A stretch of DNA of 64,000 bases. Origin: Bdellovibrionales bacterium. Lineage in GTDB: Bacteria > Bdellovibrionota > Bdellovibrionia > Bdellovibrionales > JAUICD01. This document shows, in pieces, positions 40,182 to 49,497 of this stretch (the first letter of the stretch is position 1; each line of letters opens with the position of its first letter). The stretch spans positions 320,001-384,000 of the forward strand of contig OZ253553.1 in NCBI GenBank assembly GCA_965262715.1, written 5' to 3'. The notes under the pieces were generated by a model, which saw only the letters and a list, made by a program, of their open reading frames with translations, searched no databases and was not told the DNA's origin. The translations under genes were made by a program, and so were the position numbers.

Positions 40182-41508
40182 GGTGGATTCAAGTCGTAAG
40201 TGCAACACTCCTTGCCTAGTTGTTTAAAGGTGGTTAGAGGAATACTCTAATCAATACCTTTACATAACGAGAGGAGTATTCCATGAGTAAATACACTCAT
40301 CTAACCCAAAGTGACAGATACCAGATTTTAGCACTTTTGCAAAGTGGAAAATCAATAAGTTCAATTGCTACGCAGCTAGGTCGAGATAAAAGCACGATAT
40401 ATAGGGAGCTGAGTCGTAACAAAGGTTTGCGAGGTTATCGTGCTCAACAAGCCCATGAAAAAGCAGTCGATCGTCTTCAAGACTCTCATAGACATATAAA
40501 GATAACACAAAAAGTCATTAATAAGCTTGAGAGGTTTCTTTGTGAACGTTGGAGTCCGGAACAAATATCCGGTTTTCTTAAAACAAAAGGTTTTTCTATA
40601 AGTCATGAGAGTATTTATCAACATATTCTGCGAGATAAGAAATCAGGAGGTGATCTCTACAAATTTTTAAGATGTCAGAAGAAACGCAAGAAGCGATATG
40701 GTACAAGTAGGTTTGATAAAAGGGGTCAGATACAGAATAGAGTGAGTATTGATAAAAGACCTAAGATAGTAGATAAGAGGATTCGCATAGGAGACTGGGA
40801 AGGTGATTTAATGATAGGTAGACATCATAAAGGAGCTTTAGTCACACTGGTAGATAGATGTTCTAAGAAGACGAGGATTGTCAAAATAGAATCTAAGAGT
40901 TCTGAGGCAGTATTTCATGCTATTTCTAAAACTCTTAAAAGAGAGGTTGTTCATACAATGACTTTGGATAATGGTAAAGAGTTTTCGTGTCATGAGAAGA
41001 TCAGTGAATATACCGGATGTAAAGTTTATTTTGCACATCCTTACAGTTCATATCAGAGGGGTTTAAATGAGAACACGAATGGTTTAATCCGTCAGTATTT
41101 TCCAAAGAAGACAGACTTTAGAGAAATCACCTCTAAGGATGTAAAAAAGGTTGAGTTTCTTTTAAATCACCGCCCTCGAAAGAGTTTAGGTTTTCTAACT
41201 CCCAATGAGTTTCATAGACAGAAGATGATTTGTTGAAATCATTATCAATTCAAAATTACTTATCCTATATAACAGCTTTTTGTAAGTAAAAATTGATGTT
41301 TATAGTAAAGGCAAGTTTTTCCGCAGAGCTTTAGCTCGAGGACTACTTGCCTTTACTATAAACATCAAAGTATATCTCTTCAAATAAAATAATTTACTGT
41401 AATCTTTCACTATAATTAAAACTTTGTTGGAATATTAATCTTAAAATGATATAACTTTTAAAAATATCTATAACCGCAAAAGTGTTGCACTTGCGATTTG
41501 AAGTTACA
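40182..41508 (+). mobile_element. IS30-family insertion sequence, 1327 bp
   Basis: Imperfect 27-bp TIR (GGTGGATTCAAGTCGTAAGTGCAACAC / GTGTTGCACTTGCGATTTGAAGTTACA); 3-bp TSD AAA. Confidence 0.95.
40283..41236 (+). CDS. IS30-family transposase
   Basis: HTH RDKSTIYREL, WSPEQI, GDWEGD, DNGKEF, RGLNENTNGLIRQYFPK. Confidence 0.98.
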   Translation: MSKYTHLTQSDRYQILALLQSGKSISSIATQLGRDKSTIYRELSRNKGLRGYRAQQAHEKAVDRLQDSHRHIKITQKVINKLERFLCERWSPEQISGFLKTKGFSISHESIYQHILRDKKSGGDLYKFLRCQKKRKKRYGTSRFDKRGQIQNRVSIDKRPKIVDKRIRIGDWEGDLMIGRHHKGALVTLVDRCSKKTRIVKIESKSSEAVFHAISKTLKREVVHTMTLDNGKEFSCHEKISEYTGCKVYFAHPYSSYQRGLNENTNGLIRQYFPKKTDFREITSKDVKKVEFLLNHRPRKSLGFLTPNEFHRQKMIC

Positions 41509-42011
41509 AAATCTAAAACGAATAGATTTGAATTTCTCACAATTTCATCTAACGAACTTGAAGAGTTTTTAGATAAGCTTAGAGTTGAAGATAATACTCG
41601 AATTTATATGAGAATGATCGTAGAGAAAACCAATGAGGCAACAAATATATCTCGAGAGCGAGATCAAAATGTTGTTGCATCTATTCTAAATCAACATGGA
41701 AATGGCTTAGTGCTCTTTGGAGCAGCTCATGGACCAGGTATTAAGCAAGGCTTAACAGCAGCTTGTCAGAATAATTTATGAAAAGTTAAGAGTTCATGCT
41801 GTCAAATTTTTAGACGGTTAATTGTCAACTTTATAACCATTATCTTTTTTAAAGGACCTTTAAACTGTTTATCTTTAAGAGCTACTGTCATAATTTGAGG
41901 TGTTTTTTTAATTTATTTGTATAAGTATGAGCCATTTACAACTCTTTTTTTGATAAAATGTTTTAGTTCTAGGCAAACTCTACCGAAGTTTTATAAGGGA
42001 GAGGCGTCTAT

Positions 42012-42980
42012 ATGACTAAAGAACCAAATAACCATAAAGAACCTCATTTAAAAAAACAAGCTTCCCCTAGGAATCAAAGGCTTAGTTACATAGTATTTCC
42101 TAAGTTGATTATCGTATTTTTTGGATTAGTCTTAGTTTTTCAAAACTGTAGTAAAAGTATCAATGGGCCTTTTCCATCACAAAAAGTTATAAGTGACTAT
42201 AATGAAGATTCTATTACTTCTAAAATGCCCTCTTCAACAATGATGTCTTCTACTCAAGCAAGTAAAGCTATTTTCAATATTAGTGAGGAACAGGGAAATA
42301 CAATTTCCAATATTTTATGGCAGGTAAGAAATCAACCCTGTCATGGAGAAAGTGAAGTCATTGCTACAGGCACAGATGTGAGTTTAGAGATAGATAGAAA
42401 GTCTGCTATAAATATTTCTGTAGAGGCCCTTATTCAATTTGAAGGACAGGAATGTATCACTTATGAACAACGTGAATTCCAAGATACAGATATTATATGC
42501 ACTGCAGTCTATACATTTGAAGATTTTAAAAGAGATCATAACCCTTGGGAGATTTTAGCTGCACCTTCTGATGATGAAATGAATGTAGGTCATGATTTCT
42601 CTGTCGGGTCTGTTGTGGGCTTAGAATTTGTAGGAGAAGAGCATGAGTGGGAAGGAGAATTAAACCCTCTTAACTTTTTAGATTTTGCTTCTTTTAAATG
42701 GAGTATTAAAGACGCTAGAGATCAAATAGAACTAGCTGATCAAACAAATACAACAAAAAATCTTACTTATGCTTTTTCACAAATAGGTGTTTACAATGTT
42801 TCTGTAAAAGCGAACTTGGCAGATGATGATATGGAAGATGAACAATTTTCAGAGGACCCCCATGAACAAGAACTCTACAATGAGATCGTAGCAGATGGTG
42901 AAATGACTAGAGACAGCAGGCTGGTTATTGGTAAATGTGAGGAAGAAGATGTTGTTGATATAGAAGTTTCTTTTGAATGA
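42012..42980 (+). CDS. FQNC-type lipoprotein, Ig/PKD-like domains; shorter paralog of the next gene
   Basis: LVFQNC; SVEALIQFEG.ECITY; TYAFSQIGVYNVSV. Confidence 0.8.
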   Translation: MTKEPNNHKEPHLKKQASPRNQRLSYIVFPKLIIVFFGLVLVFQNCSKSINGPFPSQKVISDYNEDSITSKMPSSTMMSSTQASKAIFNISEEQGNTISNILWQVRNQPCHGESEVIATGTDVSLEIDRKSAINISVEALIQFEGQECITYEQREFQDTDIICTAVYTFEDFKRDHNPWEILAAPSDDEMNVGHDFSVGSVVGLEFVGEEHEWEGELNPLNFLDFASFKWSIKDARDQIELADQTNTTKNLTYAFSQIGVYNVSVKANLADDDMEDEQFSEDPHEQELYNEIVADGEMTRDSRLVIGKCEEEDVVDIEVSFE

Positions 42981-43119
42981 ATAAGGTTTTTAAGTATTCT
43001 ATATCTAAATTTTACTCATAAGTATAAGTATGAAGCTATTTAAAATATGACTCTTTAAAGAGATACTCTAACTCCAAATGTTTCTATTGGAATCTTTATA
43101 GTAAAGAAGAGGATTTATA

Positions 43120-44709
43120 ATGTTTGGAAAAATTCAAGGAAGTAGCAATACTCAATTCAACAAAACTCATCCGCTATGGTTAATCTTTTCTAAAAACAAA
43201 AGATTGAATTATATAATGTTTCCTGCATTGATCATCATGTTTGTTTTTATTTTTGCCTTTCAAAACTGTCAAAAAAGAAAGAATCCATCAGAGGGAGTAG
43301 TGATTAAAGAGTCTAATACGTCTAATCCATCTCCCTCAACAACCACATCTACTCTTGTTTCTCATATAGGAGATAAAGCTATTTTTGAGATTAGTGAAAA
43401 ATATACAGGAGAAAAGGCAATCCCTAATATTCGATGGCAAGTTATGGAAACAGGCTTATGTGATGGAAATAATATAATAATTGCTGAAGGAACAGAATCA
43501 AATATAGAAGTGGACTGGAATAGCTTCTTAGATAAATCTGTTTCTGTAGAAGCTTTTATTCAATTTGAAGGGGATGATTGTATCACTTATAGACAGCAAA
43601 ACATTAGAGTGAACCAATTAAGTGGTAGTATATGTGATACTGATAGGTACACATTTGATATTCTATCTACACTTTCTTCTGATGATTTAACAAGGTTTAG
43701 GAGGTATTTTTCTGTTGGGTCTTCTGTAGATTTAGAATTTAGGGCTTTTGGGCCAGATGAGCTAGATTTTGACTCTTTTACATGGAGTCTTCAAAAAATC
43801 TTTGTAAAAGATGAGGAAGAACGAGCTGATCAAACCAATAACACTGTGAATCTCACATATCACTTTTCAGAAATAGGGCTTTACAATGTCGTTGTAGAAG
43901 CATCTAGGACTGACTTATCTGCGACAACAACTACTACAAGCTCAAATACAAATACTGAGCCAGCCTCAGTAAGTAGACAACTGCTTATTGGTAAGTGTGA
44001 AGGGGAGAATCTTGATGATATAGAAATTGTTCTTAGTGATGATAGCTTTGGATATGAGACACCAAAAAATGTTTTATATCCTATTTGGAATTATGTCAGA
44101 CCTGTTGATACAGACTATGAAGCAGCGAATGTCGTGACAGTCAATGATACAGAGGGTTATCCATCTGGCCGACATATCTATCGGTACCCAAGAGGAAGTA
44201 AAGCTAAATTTATTGATATTGATATTCAAAATGCAGATGAATGTTTCTTGGATCAAGATCCTGTACCTATTGGGGAAACATGTTCAGGGTGTTCTGAAAA
44301 TAGTGAAGGTTGTACTAGTTCTTGTCATACTGAATATGGAATACGAGAGGGTTTATCTCCATTACCTTCTTGTAGAGGTAATGCGCTGGATATGTCAACA
44401 CTGGATTTAGATATCACTATATGTACAGATGATATTTTTGTAGTAGCAGCTTCTAAAAAAATAGATATTAGCTTGCTCCCAACAGCAGAACTACCAGTTA
44501 TGATTCCTAGTTCAGAAGGAAGTGGTTCTTCTACTCAAACGCTAGGGACTCAAGCTGTTGTTAATTCAATTACAGATAATGAAAACAAAAACAAAAAAAC
44601 TTTGCAAACAGAACATGTTTTCTACAAACATTGTCCAGCAGATAGTGACTATTGTTATTTTGGACCAGAAACCTATCGGCCAGAAGAACATCATTGCTCT
44701 GATGAATAA
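43120..44709 (+). CDS. FQNC-type lipoprotein, Ig/PKD-like domains plus Cys-rich C-terminus
   Basis: FAFQNC; SVEAFIQFEG.DCITY; TYHFSEIGLYNVVV. Confidence 0.82.
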   Translation: MFGKIQGSSNTQFNKTHPLWLIFSKNKRLNYIMFPALIIMFVFIFAFQNCQKRKNPSEGVVIKESNTSNPSPSTTTSTLVSHIGDKAIFEISEKYTGEKAIPNIRWQVMETGLCDGNNIIIAEGTESNIEVDWNSFLDKSVSVEAFIQFEGDDCITYRQQNIRVNQLSGSICDTDRYTFDILSTLSSDDLTRFRRYFSVGSSVDLEFRAFGPDELDFDSFTWSLQKIFVKDEEERADQTNNTVNLTYHFSEIGLYNVVVEASRTDLSATTTTTSSNTNTEPASVSRQLLIGKCEGENLDDIEIVLSDDSFGYETPKNVLYPIWNYVRPVDTDYEAANVVTVNDTEGYPSGRHIYRYPRGSKAKFIDIDIQNADECFLDQDPVPIGETCSGCSENSEGCTSSCHTEYGIREGLSPLPSCRGNALDMSTLDLDITICTDDIFVVAASKKIDISLLPTAELPVMIPSSEGSGSSTQTLGTQAVVNSITDNENKNKKTLQTEHVFYKHCPADSDYCYFGPETYRPEEHHCSDE

Positions 44710-44748
44710 ATCATTCTGTGAAATTCAAGTTGTTTTTGAAAAATATTA

Positions 44749-44943
44749 GAAGCCATCTTATAAATATAGTTTTGTATTTTGCACAATTCGAGTTAAAAGT
44801 TAAAATAGAAAATCATCGCCGGAATATAGCAGCCTGAGATTCCGGGAGTTTATTCTCAGTTTGTCAGCTTATCTGATTGCCTGAAGAAATACTTGGTAAT
44901 ACAGTGATTTTTATAACAAACTCAGGGTTTTTAAGATGAATTT
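44749..44943. mobile_element. MITE family W
   Basis: TA|GAAGCCATCTTA...GTTTTGTATTTTGC...GAGTTAAAA...GATTGCCTGAA...TAAGATGAATTT|TA. Confidence 0.65.
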
Positions 44944-45021
44944 TAGATAATCTTTATAAAAACTCTATAATAAATAAAAGATGTTTTTTTGGTGATGAGA
45001 TATGTTTATTCATCTATAAAG

Positions 45022-45456
45022 TTAATTTGATAGACAAGAGTCCCATTGAGCTTCTAAGTCTTCCAGTTCTTCTCTCATATTGTTAATGTCTTCTAGTGTT
45101 GTGTTCTGTTTTTTCTCTTCCATCCATGCTGAGAATTCTGTTAAGTTTTGGTTTGATGTTATCGATTTATTTTGTATATATTCTCCTGGATAAAGGTTCA
45201 TTAAAAATCTTTCTAGGTCCATCTCTAAAAGAACATCGAAAAACTCAGACATAAGTTGTCCTAGTGGTGTGTCTTGGAGTAAGTTATATGTAGCTTCTTG
45301 ACAATCAAGATTGTCATTTATAATGACCCTAGAGGATACGAAATGAGTTATATCTCGAAGAAGTTCACTTAAGGGGTCTTCTCTTTGAAAAGAAGCATTT
45401 GTAGTAGCTGCTATTATAGATAGCAATAAAAAGATTGATAGGTATAATGAGTTCAT
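45022..45456 (-). CDS. Secreted hypothetical protein (tandem paralog 1)
   Basis: Signal peptide; ATYNLL.DT.LGQ.MSEFF and MREELEDLEAQWDSCL shared with its neighbour. Confidence 0.8.
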   Translation of the reverse strand: MNSLYLSIFLLLSIIAATTNASFQREDPLSELLRDITHFVSSRVIINDNLDCQEATYNLLQDTPLGQLMSEFFDVLLEMDLERFLMNLYPGEYIQNKSITSNQNLTEFSAWMEEKKQNTTLEDINNMREELEDLEAQWDSCLSN

Positions 45457-45475
45457 GTTTTTTTCTCTTTCTGGG

Positions 45476-45925
45476 TTAAGGGAATGTGGTTTGTAGGCAA
45501 GAGTCCCATTGAGCTTCTAAGTCTTCCAGTTCTTCTCTCATAGTGTTAATATCTTCTGGTGTTGTGCTTTGTCTTTTCTGTTCCATCCATAGAAGAGTAC
45601 CTAATAAGTTTTGTCTTGACTGTCTTGTTTTATCTATTTCATGTTCTTCTGAATACTGATTTAGTAGGTAAGCTCTGAGATTCATTTCTAAATGAATCTC
45701 AAAAAATTCAGACATGATCTGGCCTAGTTGTGTATCTTCAAGTAGGTTATATGTAGCTCTTTGGCAATTAGGATTGTTATTTATTATAACTTCAAAGTAT
45801 ATAAAACGGGTGATATCTTGGAAAAGCTGGTTTAGTGGGTCTCCTTCTTGAGAGAAGCTAGTTGTAGGACTTGTTATTATGCATAATAATAACAAAATTG
45901 ATAGGTAATAGCTTAATAGTTTCAT
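45476..45925 (-). CDS. Secreted hypothetical protein (tandem paralog 2)
   Basis: Same shared motifs as 45022-45456. Confidence 0.8.
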   Translation of the reverse strand: MKLLSYYLSILLLLCIITSPTTSFSQEGDPLNQLFQDITRFIYFEVIINNNPNCQRATYNLLEDTQLGQIMSEFFEIHLEMNLRAYLLNQYSEEHEIDKTRQSRQNLLGTLLWMEQKRQSTTPEDINTMREELEDLEAQWDSCLQTTFP

Positions 45926-46041
45926 GCTTTTCTTCTCACTAAACTAACTGTTCTTTAAATTAAACATGTGCATTTATACCAAAAAATAAAAACATGTCAA
46001 GTAGAAAACCTATATTTGTAAATTTTACAAACAATAAAGTA

Positions 46042-46233
46042 GAACTGGTCTCAAAAATAAGTTTTTGTATCATACAATACAAATTAAGAGTTAAAAGAGT
46101 AAACATTCGTTGTTTCAGTATCCGGCAATCCAGCAGTCTGGCAACTGTTTCAGGAACTGTTGCCTGTTTACCGGATTGCCAGATTGCCTGAAAAGTGCTT
46201 ATTTATAATTTTAAGATTTTGTCAGATGGCTTC
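46042..46233. mobile_element. MITE family W (IS5/IS1182-like ends, TA flanks)
   Basis: TA|GAACTGGTCTCAAAAATA ... ATTTTGTCAGATGGCTTC|TA with internal GGCAATCC...GGATTGCC hairpin. Confidence 0.75.
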
Positions 46234-46241
46234 TAAAGAAT

Positions 46242-47567
46242 CTATTGCGAGAGCATGTCATTAAAATAGGTAAAAACTTCTTTTTCAATAACTTGCTTTA
46301 AACTTTGATCACTAATTTTCATGAGCAAGGCTTGTAAAAAGCTGGTTGATAGAGATTGTATTGCCTCCTTATAAGATAATCCTCGGCTTTGTAAATAAAA
46401 AATATCATCTTCATCTAGTTGCCCTACAGTTGCCCCATGAGTTGCCTTTACATCATCTGCAAAAACATCTAGCTCTGGTTTGACATCAGCCTCGGCTAAA
46501 GGATTTAAAATAAGGCTCTTACTGATTTGGTTTGAATCAGATTTTTGGGCTTCTTTGTTGATACAGATCCATCCGTTGAACACATATCTTGAAATATCTG
46601 ATAAAATACTTCTTACATTTAAACGGCTCAAGGTCTCTGGTTTTAAATGTTGAATGTAAAAGTGGGAATCAAAATGACTTTGGTTTTTAAGAAGAGATAA
46701 TGCATGAATATATGACTGTGAGTTAATCCCCTTTAAATCAATAACTTTGTTATTGCGCAAATGACCTTTCCCTAATTGAATATCAAAAGATTGTAGATGA
46801 GAGTCTTTACCTACTAGATCAAAATAACTTTCCATTAAAAATGTAGATTTTGAGTGAATATATTGCTTGCAATAAATGTCTAGATGAGACTTTTCTTCTA
46901 ACTTTGCTCTTAATGATAACATTGATAGGTCTTCTGTGATTTTTTGCCTTTCTAAATTCTCAAACTCTCCTATATGAATAAAAACTTTTAATTGACTGCC
47001 TTTTTGTAAGTGAAAAAATAAACGAGATGCTATCATATTACAAGCTTGTTGTTGAAAGTGACAATATAAAAGTAAATTCGCAGATGTATCAGCATCTACT
47101 GTGATCACATAAATATCTTTACAGAGGAGTATGTTTAAGTGCTCTAAAACATCTTCTTGTTTTGCAAATGGTTGAAAAAGCTCATTTTGCATAATTTGGG
47201 AAATATGACTTGAGGATGAGCTTGAGTGAGGGTTTTGAGAGAAACACCAATCTGTAAAACTTTTTATAGAAATTCCTTTTGGCAGTATACTTTCAGCAGT
47301 TTTTATATTACAAACTCCATCTTTAAAAAGAATATTATTTCCTTTTTTTTCTTTAAAAGAAGGAGATAAACTTTGATTTACAGAAAGTTTTTGAGAATAT
47401 AATAAGTCGTTAAGATGACGAAATGAAGTATATTTCCATTCTTCACTTCGAGGTGGAAATTTCTTTAAAGCTTTTAGCGCATTAGCACTTTGCACTTTTT
47501 TCTCTTTAAGAATATCTGGAATTTTGTGAGATATTGTATCTTCTAAGGCGGTATCAATAAACTTCAT
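46242..47567 (-). CDS. sufD: Fe-S cluster assembly protein SufD
   Basis: EEWKYT, FNG.I, KPELDVFADDVKATHGATVGQLD, FYLQSRG. Confidence 0.95.
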   Translation of the reverse strand: MKFIDTALEDTISHKIPDILKEKKVQSANALKALKKFPPRSEEWKYTSFRHLNDLLYSQKLSVNQSLSPSFKEKKGNNILFKDGVCNIKTAESILPKGISIKSFTDWCFSQNPHSSSSSSHISQIMQNELFQPFAKQEDVLEHLNILLCKDIYVITVDADTSANLLLYCHFQQQACNMIASRLFFHLQKGSQLKVFIHIGEFENLERQKITEDLSMLSLRAKLEEKSHLDIYCKQYIHSKSTFLMESYFDLVGKDSHLQSFDIQLGKGHLRNNKVIDLKGINSQSYIHALSLLKNQSHFDSHFYIQHLKPETLSRLNVRSILSDISRYVFNGWICINKEAQKSDSNQISKSLILNPLAEADVKPELDVFADDVKATHGATVGQLDEDDIFYLQSRGLSYKEAIQSLSTSFLQALLMKISDQSLKQVIEKEVFTYFNDMLSQ

Positions 47568-47579
47568 TATTTGACCTTA

Positions 47580-48359
47580 TCAATTAGGGTTATGATAAAT
47601 TGTAGAGTTTTTAGCAATATCATCATAACCTTTATCTTCTATTTGATGAATAAGTTGCCAGTCACCTGTTTTGATAATTTGTCCTTGATAAAGAATATGT
47701 ATATAATCAGGTTTAATGTGTTCTAGCATCCTTTGATAGTGAGTGATCAATATGAGAGCTTTTTGAGGAGAATGAAATTTTTTTATAGCACTTGCGACCA
47801 TTTTTAAAGCATCCATATCTAATCCTGAGTCAATTTCATCTAAGATGGTTAATTTAGGATCAAAAATCATCATTTGTAAGATTTCATTTTTTTTCTTTTC
47901 TCCACCAGAAAATCCTTCATTTAAAAATCGGTCTAAAAATTTTGAGTCAAACTCAAGTATCTTTGATTTTTCTAATGCCCATGTGCGGAACTCATCTTTT
48001 GGAAAGTAACTGACTCCCTTATGTACACATAAGGATTTAAAGCAAGCATATAAAAAATCAAAATTACTTAATCCTGGGATTTCTAAAGGATTTTGAAAAG
48101 AGAAAAAAATTCCTTCCTTAGATCGGATGTCAGGATCCATATCTTGAAGAGGTTGCATTTTACCATTAATTTCAAAATGCATACTTCCACTAACTGTTTT
48201 TAGATGAGGGTATCCTGCAATGATCTTAGCTAAAGTGCTTTTGCCTGAACCATTAGGTCCCATAATGGCGTGTATTTCACCTTTTTGAACATGGAGATTT
48301 AGCTTTTTTAAGAGCTGCTTTTGATGAACTTGTACATCTAAGTTTTGTATATTTAGCAT
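47580..48359 (-). CDS. sufC: Fe-S cluster assembly ATPase SufC
   Basis: HAIMGPNGSGKST, NEGFSGGEKKKNEILQ, LDEIDSGLD, ITHYQR. Confidence 0.97.
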   Translation of the reverse strand: MLNIQNLDVQVHQKQLLKKLNLHVQKGEIHAIMGPNGSGKSTLAKIIAGYPHLKTVSGSMHFEINGKMQPLQDMDPDIRSKEGIFFSFQNPLEIPGLSNFDFLYACFKSLCVHKGVSYFPKDEFRTWALEKSKILEFDSKFLDRFLNEGFSGGEKKKNEILQMMIFDPKLTILDEIDSGLDMDALKMVASAIKKFHSPQKALILITHYQRMLEHIKPDYIHILYQGQIIKTGDWQLIHQIEDKGYDDIAKNSTIYHNPN

Positions 48360-48379
48360 AGTTTGTTCCTGTTTTTATT

Positions 48380-48456
48380 TGGTGACCATGGCAGGATTTG
48401 AACCTACGACACCAAGTTTAGGAAACTTGTGCTCTATCCAACTGAGCTACATGGCC
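48380..48456 (-). tRNA. tRNA-Arg (CCT)
   Basis: 77-nt cloverleaf; GGCCATG/CATGGTC acceptor, anticodon arm CAAGT-TTCCTAA-ACTTG, GGTTCAA, encoded CCA. Confidence 0.96.
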
Positions 48457-48506
48457 ACTTGCCTCAACCAAACAACAATAAAGGAACTTCCATAAAAGTC
48501 AATCCC

Positions 48507-49400
48507 TTTCACTAAAGAGGCTTCTGTTTCCCTAAAAATAGACCTGCCTCTGGCAGTTTTTGGGCAGTCAGCCTGAAGACTTACGTCTTCAAGAAAATGC
48601 TAACTGCCTCAAAAATTTGTCTATTTTTAGGAGGGAGACTACCCTCGTTCTTTAACACGATGTTAAGGAAAACTTTTTATTCACTAAAAATAAACCAGCG
48701 TCTGTTTCACTAAAAATGAACCAGCCTCTCGAGGCGAGCCTCTGGCAGTTTTTGGGCAGTTAGCCTGAAGACTTACGTCTTCAAGAAAATGCTAACTGCC
48801 TCAAAAATTTGTCTATTTTTAGGAGGGAGACTACCCTCGTTCTTTAACACGATGTTAAGGAAATCGCTGACTACTTTATCCCTAGTTCCTCTTACTATCT
48901 CTTCCTCTCCTTACAAATCACACCAAATCTTTAGCAAGATAAGAGTGGATATTTATGGCAAAAAGACAAGTTCTTCCGCAGATGGGATCGCTAAAAAGAG
49001 ATCCCATCGAGGACTACTTGGCTTTGCCATAAATATCCAGTCATTGCCCCAAAGATTTTTTCCTTGTTTTTCTAAAAAACAATCCATCTCCTAACTCTGG
49101 CGACTTTCTGGCATTGCCCTCAAACTGGCTCACGCCGTTTGGCAAATAGGGCAATGCCTAGAAAGCATGAGGCATTGTAGTAAACCAGATATCTCTCGTT
49201 ATTTAACATAATGTTAAGGAAATCATTCTCTTGCTATCTTCTCTTCTTACAAAGCCTAGAGAGGATAATACATTTTAGTAGGGAGATACTTTTTATCTAT
49301 TAACATAATGTTAAGGAAACTGTCTTACTTACTTCTTTCATTAAAATGCATCTGACCTCTAGAGGCTCGCCTCGAGAGGCTAGTTTATTTTTAAGAGAGA
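48507..49400 (-). repeat. Cluster of structured modules (read on minus strand: partial X, X, Y, X, X)
   Basis: X at 48526-48672 and 48704-48863 (near-identical), Y at about 48870-49085, X at 49094-49222, fragments to 49400. Confidence 0.92.
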
Positions 49401-49497
49401 AAATAAACATTTATTTGTAAGGCATCTGTAAGTATATTTTTAGTATAGGGGATAAGAGTTGTTATTTGTTGAGTATGGTTGGTTAACTTTGTAGGGG

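Larger units (their letters stand above)
39465..41781 (+). pseudogene. Secreted TraB/GumN(TIKI)-like protein interrupted by IS30
   Basis: Removing the IS (40182-41508) and one AAA copy restores the frame ...SHFIK-SKTNRF...LFGAAHGPGIKQGL. Confidence 0.8.

Noticed and set aside
48789..49094. 101-aa ORF, and similar ORFs at 25737, 45994, 57700 and 60134
   Set aside because: They lie within non-coding repeats or MITEs, and the frames are not conserved between copies
49201..49228. dif site (ATTTAACATAA matches a XerD arm)
   Set aside because: No XerC arm at 6-bp spacing; it is the terminal palindrome of module X
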